IMG/VR virus record: IMGVR_UViG_3300014039_000004
DNA length: 64,000 nt
Source: a virus
Reading direction: 5' to 3' (one strand)
Both the position numbers and the translations under genes were made by a program. This document shows positions 21,401 to 28,378 of the stretch, piece after piece. The number at the start of each line of letters is the position of its first letter. The first letter of the stretch is position 1. The notes under the pieces were generated by a model. That model was not told the DNA's origin and did not search any database. It was given only the letters and a program-made list of their open reading frames with translations.

Positions 21401-24400
21401 GATTTACAATATTTTATAATGGATGATGAAAGCAAATATCATTCTATTGCTGAAGAATATACTATAAATCGTATAAGAAATAATAAAGATGAACGTAAAC
21501 GTTTTCTTAAAACTTTACTTGATGCTAGAGCTTTTGTTCGTAATTATAGAATAATTAATGATTTAGATATTAGTTCAGAAGATGAAAGTCTTAGAGCTAA
21601 TCTTAATAAAATTAAACAATCTATAGATAGTTTACAAAATTCTACTATTATTAATCAAGCAGAAGAAATATTTGCTAAAGATTATCTTGCTAAATTAAGT
21701 GATAATCCTCTTATACAAAGTGATATTATTAGTATTCTTGATGGCTATCATAGTGCAGGAGCTTTTGATGCTTGGGTTAATGATTTACAAGAAACTTCTA
21801 ATCCTTTACTTCAAATAATAACTAAAGAAGTTATGGGTGATATTAGAAGTAATGAACTTTTAGCTCATAAACGTGTAGATGATTTTAAATCAGCTTTAAA
21901 TAAAATTAAAGAAGAGGCTAAAAAAGCTGGAGTTAGTATTGATTATAAACATATTATTGATGATTATGGTAAATTTATTCAAGATTATAATCAAGCTTTT
22001 GTAGATAAAATTACAGAACTTAGAACAAATATAGCTAATGCTAAAATAGAATATGGTGATGGAAGTTTAGAACATCTTAAAGCTAAATTTGAATATGATA
22101 AGTTTAAACTTAATCATATCAATCAACGACTTAAAGATGATTATTATCAAACTAAACTTAACTTAGAAAAATATATGATAGACCATTTTGGCTCTATATA
22201 TAGTGAATATAATAAACTTATTAGTAAACGTAATCAAATATTAAGTCATTCGGTTAATGGTATATTAGATGAAAGTTATCAAGATGAACTTCGTAAAATT
22301 AAAAAAGATATAGATAATCTTACTAATAGATTTTTCTATAATGATGTTACTAAAGAATTTGAAGAAAAATATTCTTTTCAAGACCCTGCTAATCCTTATA
22401 AAGATGAAACTCGTATTATCAGAAGTATAGAATCTGCTACTGCTTTAAGAAATTATCTTAGAGATATGAAAGAACTTCGAGATACATATTTTACTAAAGA
22501 TTCTAAATTTGGATTTGATGAAGAACTTGAAAAAAATCTTGATATTATTTCTAATTATGAACAACGAGATAGTAAAGGTAGACCCACAGTTCCTATTTCT
22601 GAATTGATAAAACATGAAGATTATGTTAAAGCTAAATCTTGGATTGAACAAAATGCTCGTTATGTTATAACTCCAGAAGTTCAAAAATATATAAATGATG
22701 CGTTTAAAGTATTTAGAGAAAATAAAAAAGGTGGTACTGTTTTAACAAGTATTGCTAAAATTAGAGAAGCTTATGATAATCAAGGTGTAATAGATGGTAC
22801 TAAGTTTACAATTGAAGATATTGAAAAACTTCGTACTGAAACTTTAGCTCGTTATAATATTAAAGAAGGACAACCTTATAGTGATAGACTGTTAATTTCA
22901 AATGCACCTGTAAATGGAGACATATTCAAATCTGCATTTTATTCAAAAATGAAATCTAATGGTATTCCTAATCAAGAATATCTTAAATATGTGAACGAAA
23001 TTAATAGTATTCTAATTAAATATTATGAACAAGGTACTAAGATTCTTCATACAGAAGAAATTTCAATAGAAGATTTAGATAAACTTGATAAATTATATGA
23101 TACTATTGAAAATTTAAAGAAAACTGTAGATAGTACAAATGGTAAAGCTATAAAAAATTATATTGAGTCTAATGTAGATTTTATAACTAATGATGAATTA
23201 TATAATGAACAAAAAGGTTTAGCAGCTCTTAAAGGAACTCGTTATCTTATAAAATGGCAACAAGTTTTTGAAAGAGTAGAAGAACGTATAAATGGTTACA
23301 AAGTAGTTCCTAATCGTAAAGTGTTTGGTTATGCTGTTCCTAGAGGCTATAAACCTGATGGAACAGGGGATAATTCTATGGTTGATAAGAAAAAAACTGA
23401 TGCTTTTCATGTTATTCAAAATTATACTACTAAAACTAAAACTCAGTATTATTTTGATAAATACAAAGAAATGAAAGCTAAAGGAAAAGAAGAATTTAAT
23501 ACTTGGTTTAATAAAAATCATGTATATAATCCTTATTCTCATAATTATGAACCTCTTGATTGTTGGACTAAACTTGATATTAATCCCATAAGTGATGATG
23601 GTAAATTTGAAACAATAGGTGAGTGGATTCCTAATTTTAATCAAACACAAAGTAGACCTAAAGATGGTAAAGATAATAAAGGTAAACCTGATGGAAGTAT
23701 TGATGTATTAAATCATGATTATAAAGAAAATACTACATTAGAAAATAATTTTAAACCTAATGGTCGTAAACTTGATGATTATATATACGATGGTTCAAAA
23801 GATGAATTAAAAGATACTACTAATTATATTAATACTACATCTTTAAATAAATATGAACGTGACGTTAGAGATTTATTTAAAAAAATTCTTTATCAATATG
23901 CTAATACTGCTGCTGCTAAAAATTATCTTAATCAAGGTTTTATGGCTAGTAGACGTAAAGAAGCAGAAGTTAGTAAAGAAATGTTAGCTAAAGAAGCTGC
24001 TAAATTTATAGGATGGGTTAATAATGCTACAGGTAAAGAAGCTTGGTATGAAGATGTTGATTATGCTAAAGATAAAACTATAGATATGCCTTTAATGTAT
24101 CTTCTTAAATCTAAAGATAGTATCAATATTGATTATACTAAGCCTAAACAAGAAGAAAATGAAAGTATAGAAGATTATACAAAACGTTTACAAGAATATA
24201 CAAATAAACGTAAAGCTGATGAAGCTACTAATCTTGAAATTCATAAAAAACTTCTTGATACTAATTGGGAAGATGTAATGGAAGATTATATTACTAAAGC
24301 AATGCACTTTAATGCTATTCAAGATAATAAATATATGTTGTTTTATGCTAAAAATATGCTTGATAAACTTAGAGTGTATGTTAAAAATGAAGGTTTTAAT

Positions 24401-26245
24401 AATCTACAAAGAGATGCTACGATGTCTACAGATGAAGAAAATAAATATGTTACACGAAAAGATACAAGACTTCAAGAACAATATGTTAATTGGCTTCGTA
24501 GATTAGTATATAATCAATGGAAAAAACCAAATAATCATCTTACTCGTGTAGCTAATTTAGCACAAAGTCTTACATCTGCTAAATTTATGATGTTAAATTT
24601 TACAGGTGGAATTGCTAATGTAACTGCTGGTGAAACTCAAATTCTTGGTGAAGCTTTTGCTAAAGAATATTTTGGTAGTAAACTTTGGGCTAAAGGCGTT
24701 GCTATTTGGAACAAAGGTCTTCCTAGTTTTATAGCTGATATGAATAGTGATAAAGCTTCATCTTTACAAAGTGCTTTAGTTAAATTTTTTAATGTTGTTG
24801 AATTTGATGAATATACAGGAGTTGTTCATGTAGATAATTTAAATAAAAAGCTTGAAAAAGCTAGAGACTTTGCATATAGTCCTCAATCTAGTGGTGAACA
24901 TTTCATGCAAAATGGTGCTATGTTTAGTATGATGCTTAGTCATAGATTGTGTATTAATAATAATAATAAAGCAACAGGTAGACTTTCATATACAGTTAAA
25001 AATGAAGCTGAATTTATGAGAGATGCTGAAGAAAAAGCATTACTTAGTATTCTAACTACTGATAAACTTAAAGAACAATATCGTAAATATAAAGAGATTG
25101 AACTTAAAGACCCTAATAGTAAAAAAGAATATGCTTGGTTTAGAAAAAATATAGTTACTGATTTTGTTAATACTCTTGATAATGAATATAAAACTAAATT
25201 TATAGATAAACGTAAAGAATATCAAAAACAAGCTAAAGAAGAATTTAATAATGATGAACTTCATCCTACATTGTATAGTCAATTTGAATTAACATCTGAT
25301 GGTCAATTAGGTTTTAAAAATAATAGTATATTATCACAAATGGATGAAGATGCTTATCAACTTCTTGGTAGATTTAAAGATAGAGTAATATCAGTTAATA
25401 AAAAAATTCATGGTGTGTATGATAGACTTGGTGCTGCTAAATGGGAATCATATTGGTGGGGAGGTCTTGTAATGCAATATCATAAACATATTTATCCTGG
25501 TATTATGAAACGTTATCGTAGACAAGGTTATTTTAATGAAGAAAGAGGTACTATAGAAAAAGGTTGTTATGCAGCTATTAAAGATTTTCTAGCTCTTCCT
25601 CTTAGAAAACAATCTTTTATTAAAAAACTTCAAGCTGAAAACGATATTAATGATGATAATATTCAAGTAGCTCAAGGTATTCAAAATATTATTCAAAATT
25701 ATGTTGATTTTGCTTTAAATATTAGAACTAATTGGAATGTTATACCTGAAACTGATAGAGCTAATATTAAAAGAGCTTTAGGAGATATGTTAGGTGTTGC
25801 ATCAGCTATTTGTTTAGCCATAGGACTTCAAGTTGTTGCAGGAGGTGATGATAAAGAACATAGTATTCTTTATAATCTTTTTATGTATGAAGCTGATAGA
25901 CTTGCTTCTGAATCTGCAATGTATACTATTCCAGGTCTTATGTCTGAAGGTGCTAAACTTTGGTCAAGTCCTGTCGCAGTAGAAAGTGGATTAAGTGACA
26001 TATTTAATAGTATGGGACTTATTGCTCAATATATGATACAAGGTGATGATTTTGACCCTTATTATAAAACAGGTCTTTATGCTGGAGAAAATAAACTTGA
26101 AGTTAAACTTAAACGTCAAATTCCTATGTATCATGGAATAGATATGGTTAATAGACTTCAACGTAGTAATAAATATTATAAACTTGATAAAAATATGCTT
26201 AGTATTATACCTGTTAAAGATATTGCTGATTATATTAGAAATTAG
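12416..26245 (+). CDS. giant virion-associated protein, candidate virion-packaged RNA polymerase (vRNAP) fused with additional domains
   Basis: Uninterrupted 4609-aa ORF. DFDID (a DxDxD metal-binding signature of two-barrel RNAPs) lies at nt 17582-17596. Its position after the cargo-type genes matches crAss-like phages. Several hydrophobic segments occur in the last ~700 aa. Confidence 0.8.
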   Translation: MSCPIQIKENSVVNSLKSIFGESNDLVTLIAETTDGNKFNYDFQKWAKKHYNHELDFNTIDKVDETVKAIRDYHNYLHPDVNYTATIQNDATNVAHFGYTSVTAREKGKQIVVDKLLNIKHQLEHDYHEKPEGSKKVYFADAATSVIENVVVERVMNRTNISQDDVYDILDADNCFEQLDNILGTSTEQDKNVLALYKEMINNREEYFEQVFNDSRLGDIRFEKNDNFEDDNQAVEIAEQEADDDIDSESVNTDEDTNGTERDNSINQLNNKDGQYNNFMTHVGMSVRSYIGSLRKCNTTKMINNDYDFDTSNELGIAEAMDINEVMTVLYSNIDFTNVSDMIQSIELIANNIPGMEGLIQMSDYLKTNEDFAYEVYRTFAKIAISKLETISDGNNIKSILSNRRADKLTSLRFEYFNSVKSTSILLDDLNSREIYNSLKREINDYAQAADILNQAEDNKDIIDEADKELLYQQSGIKLDEIINELANQFKRYYPTIESSFIANYIKNNNDGDIVANMNNLSTILKNTIDASYKTQLNYYSQQAELRKAYAHNKALDARKADGEFVKASDYIDLTLYYNNDYVDSSTQAAAFGLANELVKYSPVKVELNSRNVHGNLSSDIINNSMITNVINTLKSTIALENFGKYKSQSRQYDFSNIMIEHKDEDGNIINYGLFTLDEESQDFIPTSYARELIKARLFSGASDMTSSKNVLYSEMSKGDYIATSFINYFTTERNHNLTDKDPNIEFANYFMRIPSDAPKNFIIVAPRYSTKETTVGANNGLFVITNKIEANREINKRINELPTLDEDYVSDDSLCIKRSLNQAISNITANNIGNIVIPNKAFINEKNSKKGDTVTINCIYTNADGIETQYVLIGTLGQDNGKLILEQPTFQGFAGTTKSSELVRALEKHYQKELIKEGVIKREINTNHPVYKQLHNVFVQEITDAATALNHIFKCGPDGRVLVDDKGNPIFREGFGDNPETIRKMYDVYHSNGKHIIENGKLTGKVFHSDRFVITKLDKNGKAITTNYGENIINEVFDFLYGGAKDTYIHFINSAKGLKISLTDSQEDVIQKHLTSFINDYIEDTQNRLNEFSDFIDKRLNNDDNVTEFALNYYLQYINFNDLFEGDTKFYKNTQTFLKRAKEAQGSGVPYGIVNYTEALDAEKTPITHRLNITPFVHIKADGTKENVFVGLYNRFTGVTIKNTIRTSKEAAVKGLNGAKKDGILVEQLSNIFNKEGLNKKDALSTARNMMSGYQNTTVNDAQSYITFEEWIRRITARGQLGKYKSLIDAIYDETKPVDAKTINEFVQVQKNFYYDQHYSNEFGVMNPRQIKNAEFVLVPRFIKGTQLEQVYNLMKNNDIDQLNTAETSKAGKANVLTIWDNEGNITQENIDDFNANVERSKELFNYNYLYTQQETPQHVNDKNKAAIQIMKKIVDNIPPTSSLYDVKQHFNHLYVANIKSSFQDLMKELCLEVDEKGNLKLDEQGNIKGLDYELFFDKLKEEVARLGLDSNMMDYVTLLKDQVTDTSGNFSLPITIMPTFMSIVSSKLESIAQSVFNNRVTRQTLPGFHAAQITNIGFKATNAPIIYKLNSSGQGRNLTDNINEEEYNKLSIKNRMYYTKTKGNIGTSKELHYHPDGEKYIEVLLPKSNFSFYRDENGYTKSDEELLKELQDAKLDKIIGYRIPTEGKQSIAIMKVVGFIDDALGSTIVVPDDWVSQTGSDFDIDSIYGIQFNTKLDKVTHKIKKVDYITKHTEQAYFNYLRTKIGHIPTKVGKEIEELKTNIEQSRSEAFNELRDRETELYHSLNDNTRNKIKELQNINRNKSTKRENYTEQNNNVINGLNEYLANNNLDKEEVNKIQEFINLRNQINDFINNSTKEDQAQFNKDKAEILAERLRKVEELATKNNLPSYTQFKTLSTEEANTTEARNNELLQSMLDILSDNESLEENLSRSNFDDIIDARDAVIDTNVKKIRDARNPYNFLDQADYQEDVMSGAKLKAFSVTRDTFVSVCNTVRPVISEDNTINIQYYKKDGYSLKALKQSFDNIQVYNKGEDNEYYVVKHNTFGWSKNNKNVAGKILTAYSSQTTAHILDAVKEGAIPNVNDFTFAVYKTFPDIGSDYKTCVAFIMQPGIKYLVDAYNSTKSIYSNNYAKPFNLAFKNIAERIFTINGIDFNKKDNINTIVKKLQIFNSRLGQLFDVNDIANYNISIIAKDAESLNISSSKYKDRLNNEGIFKGSSIVEETNKLLFDLGVLLQYNRLSSFANSIGEYARVCNPDKFGAKQTIFATNDVFDKIQDIISREKQTLFVEPEKDSNDSRKSFLEVIYPNIDKGLDSYITSDSSNSKYPSLNAFLKYATAVSIKINRHLFETQSKHFRKQVYSLEKAFTDKKQMTEKTYKDFQNYILAYLYNNTNAVSKQLVWSKDGFDYKNDTNVEAERSRIYGYGKTVALKVLDEDGNLVDFTVNDITNPTEEEINQFLTLSPAQKITWIQSNFENSRLFSYIRTTLFNEHQYRKTKAGAQTIEFVDSNANIEAMYDAFNKAFFNSNPLVAAAAFDIVKYAFAVEGFKMKRNGVTKIISNSVLKIDENQPNTNIVKELIRSIDTINGRNININNIINNFVRSHSNIQQIATKNVEKISKNNFQLHRESYGIIALDINNKEDFELADKYKFLYADKTEKQLYANEYVNLRFGRKTDLYKIRMQGTKLIAYPLSKLEESENSKWSVNTQNNNGYYDEDFYNAIIDDWFGTTDNSISLSQIIGKYKETINEHKFINKNAIARQLTAKPFDINDKNTNYTGGFEDVIKKVTNYFEKNPNGKLYLRSGALDKFITHVGIANGSTQTINGKEYDIQKIDFKKYNRAYISGKEALSRDIKEKDAQIIDIINRARQTGYTVNDVFAITPHIDQNIEIDETNEDDNVDTNEILNSSVTELGVGSMKAMRRRALSENDIEANKALNRLRDKAITATENSVKLNLNEVVPVTAEYVKGTVDKILNDLQYFIMDDESKYHSIAEEYTINRIRNNKDERKRFLKTLLDARAFVRNYRIINDLDISSEDESLRANLNKIKQSIDSLQNSTIINQAEEIFAKDYLAKLSDNPLIQSDIISILDGYHSAGAFDAWVNDLQETSNPLLQIITKEVMGDIRSNELLAHKRVDDFKSALNKIKEEAKKAGVSIDYKHIIDDYGKFIQDYNQAFVDKITELRTNIANAKIEYGDGSLEHLKAKFEYDKFKLNHINQRLKDDYYQTKLNLEKYMIDHFGSIYSEYNKLISKRNQILSHSVNGILDESYQDELRKIKKDIDNLTNRFFYNDVTKEFEEKYSFQDPANPYKDETRIIRSIESATALRNYLRDMKELRDTYFTKDSKFGFDEELEKNLDIISNYEQRDSKGRPTVPISELIKHEDYVKAKSWIEQNARYVITPEVQKYINDAFKVFRENKKGGTVLTSIAKIREAYDNQGVIDGTKFTIEDIEKLRTETLARYNIKEGQPYSDRLLISNAPVNGDIFKSAFYSKMKSNGIPNQEYLKYVNEINSILIKYYEQGTKILHTEEISIEDLDKLDKLYDTIENLKKTVDSTNGKAIKNYIESNVDFITNDELYNEQKGLAALKGTRYLIKWQQVFERVEERINGYKVVPNRKVFGYAVPRGYKPDGTGDNSMVDKKKTDAFHVIQNYTTKTKTQYYFDKYKEMKAKGKEEFNTWFNKNHVYNPYSHNYEPLDCWTKLDINPISDDGKFETIGEWIPNFNQTQSRPKDGKDNKGKPDGSIDVLNHDYKENTTLENNFKPNGRKLDDYIYDGSKDELKDTTNYINTTSLNKYERDVRDLFKKILYQYANTAAAKNYLNQGFMASRRKEAEVSKEMLAKEAAKFIGWVNNATGKEAWYEDVDYAKDKTIDMPLMYLLKSKDSINIDYTKPKQEENESIEDYTKRLQEYTNKRKADEATNLEIHKKLLDTNWEDVMEDYITKAMHFNAIQDNKYMLFYAKNMLDKLRVYVKNEGFNNLQRDATMSTDEENKYVTRKDTRLQEQYVNWLRRLVYNQWKKPNNHLTRVANLAQSLTSAKFMMLNFTGGIANVTAGETQILGEAFAKEYFGSKLWAKGVAIWNKGLPSFIADMNSDKASSLQSALVKFFNVVEFDEYTGVVHVDNLNKKLEKARDFAYSPQSSGEHFMQNGAMFSMMLSHRLCINNNNKATGRLSYTVKNEAEFMRDAEEKALLSILTTDKLKEQYRKYKEIELKDPNSKKEYAWFRKNIVTDFVNTLDNEYKTKFIDKRKEYQKQAKEEFNNDELHPTLYSQFELTSDGQLGFKNNSILSQMDEDAYQLLGRFKDRVISVNKKIHGVYDRLGAAKWESYWWGGLVMQYHKHIYPGIMKRYRRQGYFNEERGTIEKGCYAAIKDFLALPLRKQSFIKKLQAENDINDDNIQVAQGIQNIIQNYVDFALNIRTNWNVIPETDRANIKRALGDMLGVASAICLAIGLQVVAGGDDKEHSILYNLFMYEADRLASESAMYTIPGLMSEGAKLWSSPVAVESGLSDIFNSMGLIAQYMIQGDDFDPYYKTGLYAGENKLEVKLKRQIPMYHGIDMVNRLQRSNKYYKLDKNMLSIIPVKDIADYIRN
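15534..15549 (+). repeat. G-run motif copy M3 (forward, 1 nt shorter)
   Basis: ttctctacgggggagc followed by taaag, inside CDS 12416..26245, where it is read as LYGGAK. Confidence 0.85.
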
Positions 26246-26261
26246 TTCCCCTGTAGAGAAG
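26245..26261 (-). repeat. G-run motif copy M4 (reverse, variant)
   Basis: gttcccctgtagagaag. It starts at the last base of the stop codon of the 4609-aa ORF. Confidence 0.8.
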
Positions 26262-26296
26262 TTGATGTACTTGTATGTCAACTTCTCTTTATATTT
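26255..26296 (+). terminator. hairpin terminator after the giant ORF
   Basis: Perfect 11-bp stem: agagaagttga (26255-26265) pairs with tcaacttctct (26278-26288). The loop is 12 nt, followed by ttatattt. The 5' arm overlaps motif copy M4. Confidence 0.55.
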
Positions 26297-26570
26297 GCTT
26301 AACTTCTTTTAACGTTCTTATATTTGGTGATAATAATTATAATCTTTATATTTGTGCTCAATAACCTTACTGAATTTTGATAGATTGGAAGATGATAATA
26401 ATAGTAGTAGTCCTATAAATTATCATAATAAAAGTGTTCTCAGACTACTTACTGCTCATAAGTGATAATATGTTAGGTAGATTGTTGTAAGCAGAACTCG
26501 GAGAATGGTTCTTTGATGTGAATCAAATAAAACTACAACTCATTCTCCTTTTTAGGGTTGTAGTTATTTT

Positions 26571-26644
26571 GGGTCAATAGCTCAACAGGTTAGAGCAATA
26601 GACTGTTAATCTATAGGTTGTAGGTTCGATTCCTACTTGTCCCG
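26571..26644 (+). tRNA. tRNA-Asn(GTT)
   Basis: Cloverleaf read by eye. D stem gctc/gagc; anticodon stem ataga/tctat with loop ctGTTaa; T arm gtagg-ttcgatt-cctac. The acceptor gggtcaa/ttgtccc has one T-T mismatch. Confidence 0.8.
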
Positions 26645-26680
26645 CAAATAACTCTGAGAGTAATCAGCCTGAAGCTGGTA

Positions 26681-26762
26681 CTAGTAGTTTAGTTCAATAG
26701 GTTAGAACGTGCTAATTTGTGTTGAGAAGTAAGATATGGGTTCAAGTCCTTGTCGCTACTAG
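26681..26762 (+). pseudogene. degenerate tRNA-like element (anticodon arm not foldable)
   Basis: A terminal helix of up to 9 bp (tactagtag/ctactagta), a D-arm-like ta-gttc-aataggtta-gaac and a T-loop-like gggttcaagtcc are present. No 5-7-5 anticodon arm could be found in any register. Confidence 0.35.
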
Positions 26763-26768
26763 TATTAA

Positions 26769-26840
26769 GGGGTGTTCGTCTAAAGGTTAGGACAACAGGT
26801 TTTCATCCTGTAAATGATGGTTCGATTCCGTCACATCCTA
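26769..26840 (+). tRNA. tRNA-Glu(TTC)
   Basis: Acceptor ggggtgt/acatcct (with G-U pairs); anticodon stem acagg/cctgt with loop ttTTCat; T arm gatgg-ttcgatt-ccgtc. Confidence 0.8.
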
Positions 26841-26852
26841 CAATTAATACTT

Positions 26853-26925
26853 CGCAAGATGGAGCAGATGGTAGCTCGTTAGGTTCATAACCTAAAGGTC
26901 GCAGGTTCGATTCCTACTCTTGCAA
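26853..26925 (+). tRNA. tRNA-Met(CAT) with C1-A72 mismatch (initiator-like feature; Met, fMet or Ile2 not resolvable)
   Basis: Acceptor cgcaaga/tcttgca; D stem gagc/gctc; anticodon stem ttagg/cctaa with loop ttCATaa; T arm gcagg-ttcgatt-cctac. Confidence 0.8.
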
Positions 26926-26978
26926 CAAATGTTTTGAGAATGTTTAGTGCGCTTTAAATTTTTTAATTTTAAAATTTT

Positions 26979-27014
26979 ACTCCTATTACTTGTGAAAGTA
27001 ATAGGAGTTTTTAT
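26979..27014 (+). terminator. rho-independent terminator closing the + strand block
   Basis: Perfect 13-bp stem actcctattactt/aagtaataggagt, loop gtga, followed by ttttat. Confidence 0.8.
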
Positions 27015-27031
27015 GTTCTATTTAATAGTAA

Positions 27032-27052
27032 TTTATTTAATATTTTAATTTT
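27032..27052 (+). repeat. exact 21-mer tttatttaatattttaatttt, copy A
   Basis: Identical 21-mers occur at 27032, 47287 and 54807, all in the same orientation. Confidence 0.8.
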
Positions 27053-27199
27053 AATTCTAACAAGGTCTTTTTATTAGGCTTTATAGTTAATCCACTTTAT
27101 ACCAAAAAGGCCAAAAATAGCTCAAATAGTACCAAATAAGCAAACATTCTATTAGAAGTTAGTATTGCTCAATCAGACTTCGTAATACCTCTAATAGAT

Positions 27200-27235
27200 A
27201 AAAAAAAGGAGCAGCACTCTCACGAGCACTACTCC
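27200..27235 (-). terminator. rho-independent terminator closing the - strand block
   Basis: On the - strand: ggagtagtgctc-gtga-gagtgctgctcc followed by U8. The three non-Watson-Crick positions are G-U on the - strand transcript but C-A on the + strand, so the hairpin is strand-specific. Confidence 0.7.
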
Positions 27236-27274
27236 TACAATCAACTTAAACATTTTAAAAAATGACAACAAGAA

Positions 27275-27550
27275 TTATATAAATTTTATATCTTGTAATA
27301 TATCTTCTAATTTTTTCATAGTAATTGTTCCACTTACATGATATTTAATAACGTTATCATCAACACATACTATTGTTGGAAAATCACTAAGAGGAACATT
27401 TTCTTCTATAAATTTAGGTGTTTTACTAAAATCTATTACAATACTAGTAAACTTATCAAGATGATTATGTTCAACTTTTCTAAGAATACTTCTCATAATA
27501 GAACAAGCTATACAACCTTTAGTAATAATTAAATATATTGTTTTATTCAT
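27275..27550 (-). CDS. thioredoxin-fold (glutaredoxin/NrdH-like) protein
   Basis: 91 aa. An N-terminal CIAC (CxxC) follows a hydrophobic strand, and there is a downstream FPT cis-Pro-like motif. Confidence 0.6.
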   Translation of the reverse strand: MNKTIYLIITKGCIACSIMRSILRKVEHNHLDKFTSIVIDFSKTPKFIEENVPLSDFPTIVCVDDNVIKYHVSGTITMKKLEDILQDIKFI

Positions 27551-27790
27551 TTACTTAATATTAAGTTTTTCAAGATATTCACCATTAGGTGTTATATAAA
27601 TATTATAAATTTTAAGTCTTTGTTCAAGATAAGTAAGATAATTAATCATAGCATTTAATTGAAGTCTCATAAGAGAATATTCTTCTTTGTTTAAACTATT
27701 AAAATTATTATCAACAAAATTACTAAGATTATTAACTTTATTACGAAGTTCTTTATGTTCTTTGATAATTCTTTCTACAAAATCTTTCAT
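27551..27790 (-). CDS. hypothetical protein
   Basis: 79-aa ORF abutting both neighbours with no gap; helical or coiled-coil-like. Confidence 0.6.
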   Translation of the reverse strand: MKDFVERIIKEHKELRNKVNNLSNFVDNNFNSLNKEEYSLMRLQLNAMINYLTYLEQRLKIYNIYITPNGEYLEKLNIK

Positions 27791-27802
27791 ATCTTTAAAA
27801 TT

Positions 27803-28249
27803 TTAATTATTAATATTATTGCCTGTACTTCCAAAACCATTATCAGCTCTAGTAGTATTATTAATTACATCATTGTATTCTACTAATTTTGCTTGTTCTA
27901 CTTTAGATACAACCATTTGTGCTATATAATCTCCATGACTAATAGTAACAGTTGAATTACTAAGATTACAAATAATAACTTTAATTTCACCTGTATAATC
28001 AGAATCAATAGTAGCAGGTTCATTTAGAACAATTATACCAAATTTAGCAGTATTACCTGATTTAGACCTAATTTGAACTTCATATCCTTTAGGTATTCTA
28101 AGATATATACCTGTAGAAATAATTGCTCTTTGTAAAGGATTCAATACAAAAGTCTTTTTATTATTACATTGTAAATCCATACCACTACTACCTTCTGTAG
28201 CATATTTAGGTAATGGAAAATCACTTTTATTAATTATTCCAAGTTCCAT
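27803..28249 (-). CDS. dut: dUTP diphosphatase (trimeric dUTPase)
   Basis: Motifs GSSGMDL, RSKSGN, IDSDYTGEI and C-terminal GFGSTG. Confidence 0.95.
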   Translation of the reverse strand: MELGIINKSDFPLPKYATEGSSGMDLQCNNKKTFVLNPLQRAIISTGIYLRIPKGYEVQIRSKSGNTAKFGIIVLNEPATIDSDYTGEIKVIICNLSNSTVTISHGDYIAQMVVSKVEQAKLVEYNDVINNTTRADNGFGSTGNNINN

Positions 28250-28314
28250 ATTTTTATAACTTTAAGTAATTGCAAATATAATAACAAGTTTACAACTAAC
28301 CAAGTAATTAACAT

Positions 28315-28331
28315 TTCTTCTACAGGGGAGG
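28315..28331 (+). repeat. G-run motif copy M5 (forward)
   Basis: ttcttctacaggggagg, intergenic, 66 nt upstream of the dut ATG as read on the - strand. Confidence 0.9.
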
Positions 28332-28378
28332 TAGTCAAGATAAAGAAAACTTATATCAAGACTACCTATAATATAAAA

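Noticed and set aside
23350-25465. Partial motif hits such as acaggggat (about 23353) and ggtggggaggtc (about 25455). Others occur at 238, 28525, 44270, 53955 and 54945.
   Set aside because: They share only 7-9 nt with the G-run half and lack the TTCTTCTAC half, so I did not count them as copies.
4223-26281. Many 60-190-aa ORFs in the track lie antisense to, or out of frame within, the two giant genes. Examples are 4223..4429, 5996..6211, 6833..7195, 7295..7480, 10512..10769, 10883..11443, 12923..13447, 15218..15676, 16259..16810, 21130..21435, 22445..22684, 23219..23650, 24312..24506, 25052..25282 and 25991..26281.
   Set aside because: Their translations are Ile/Phe/Asn/Lys/Ser low-complexity strings, typical of non-coding frames in AT-rich DNA. 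Each is fully embedded in a far longer ORF with normal composition.
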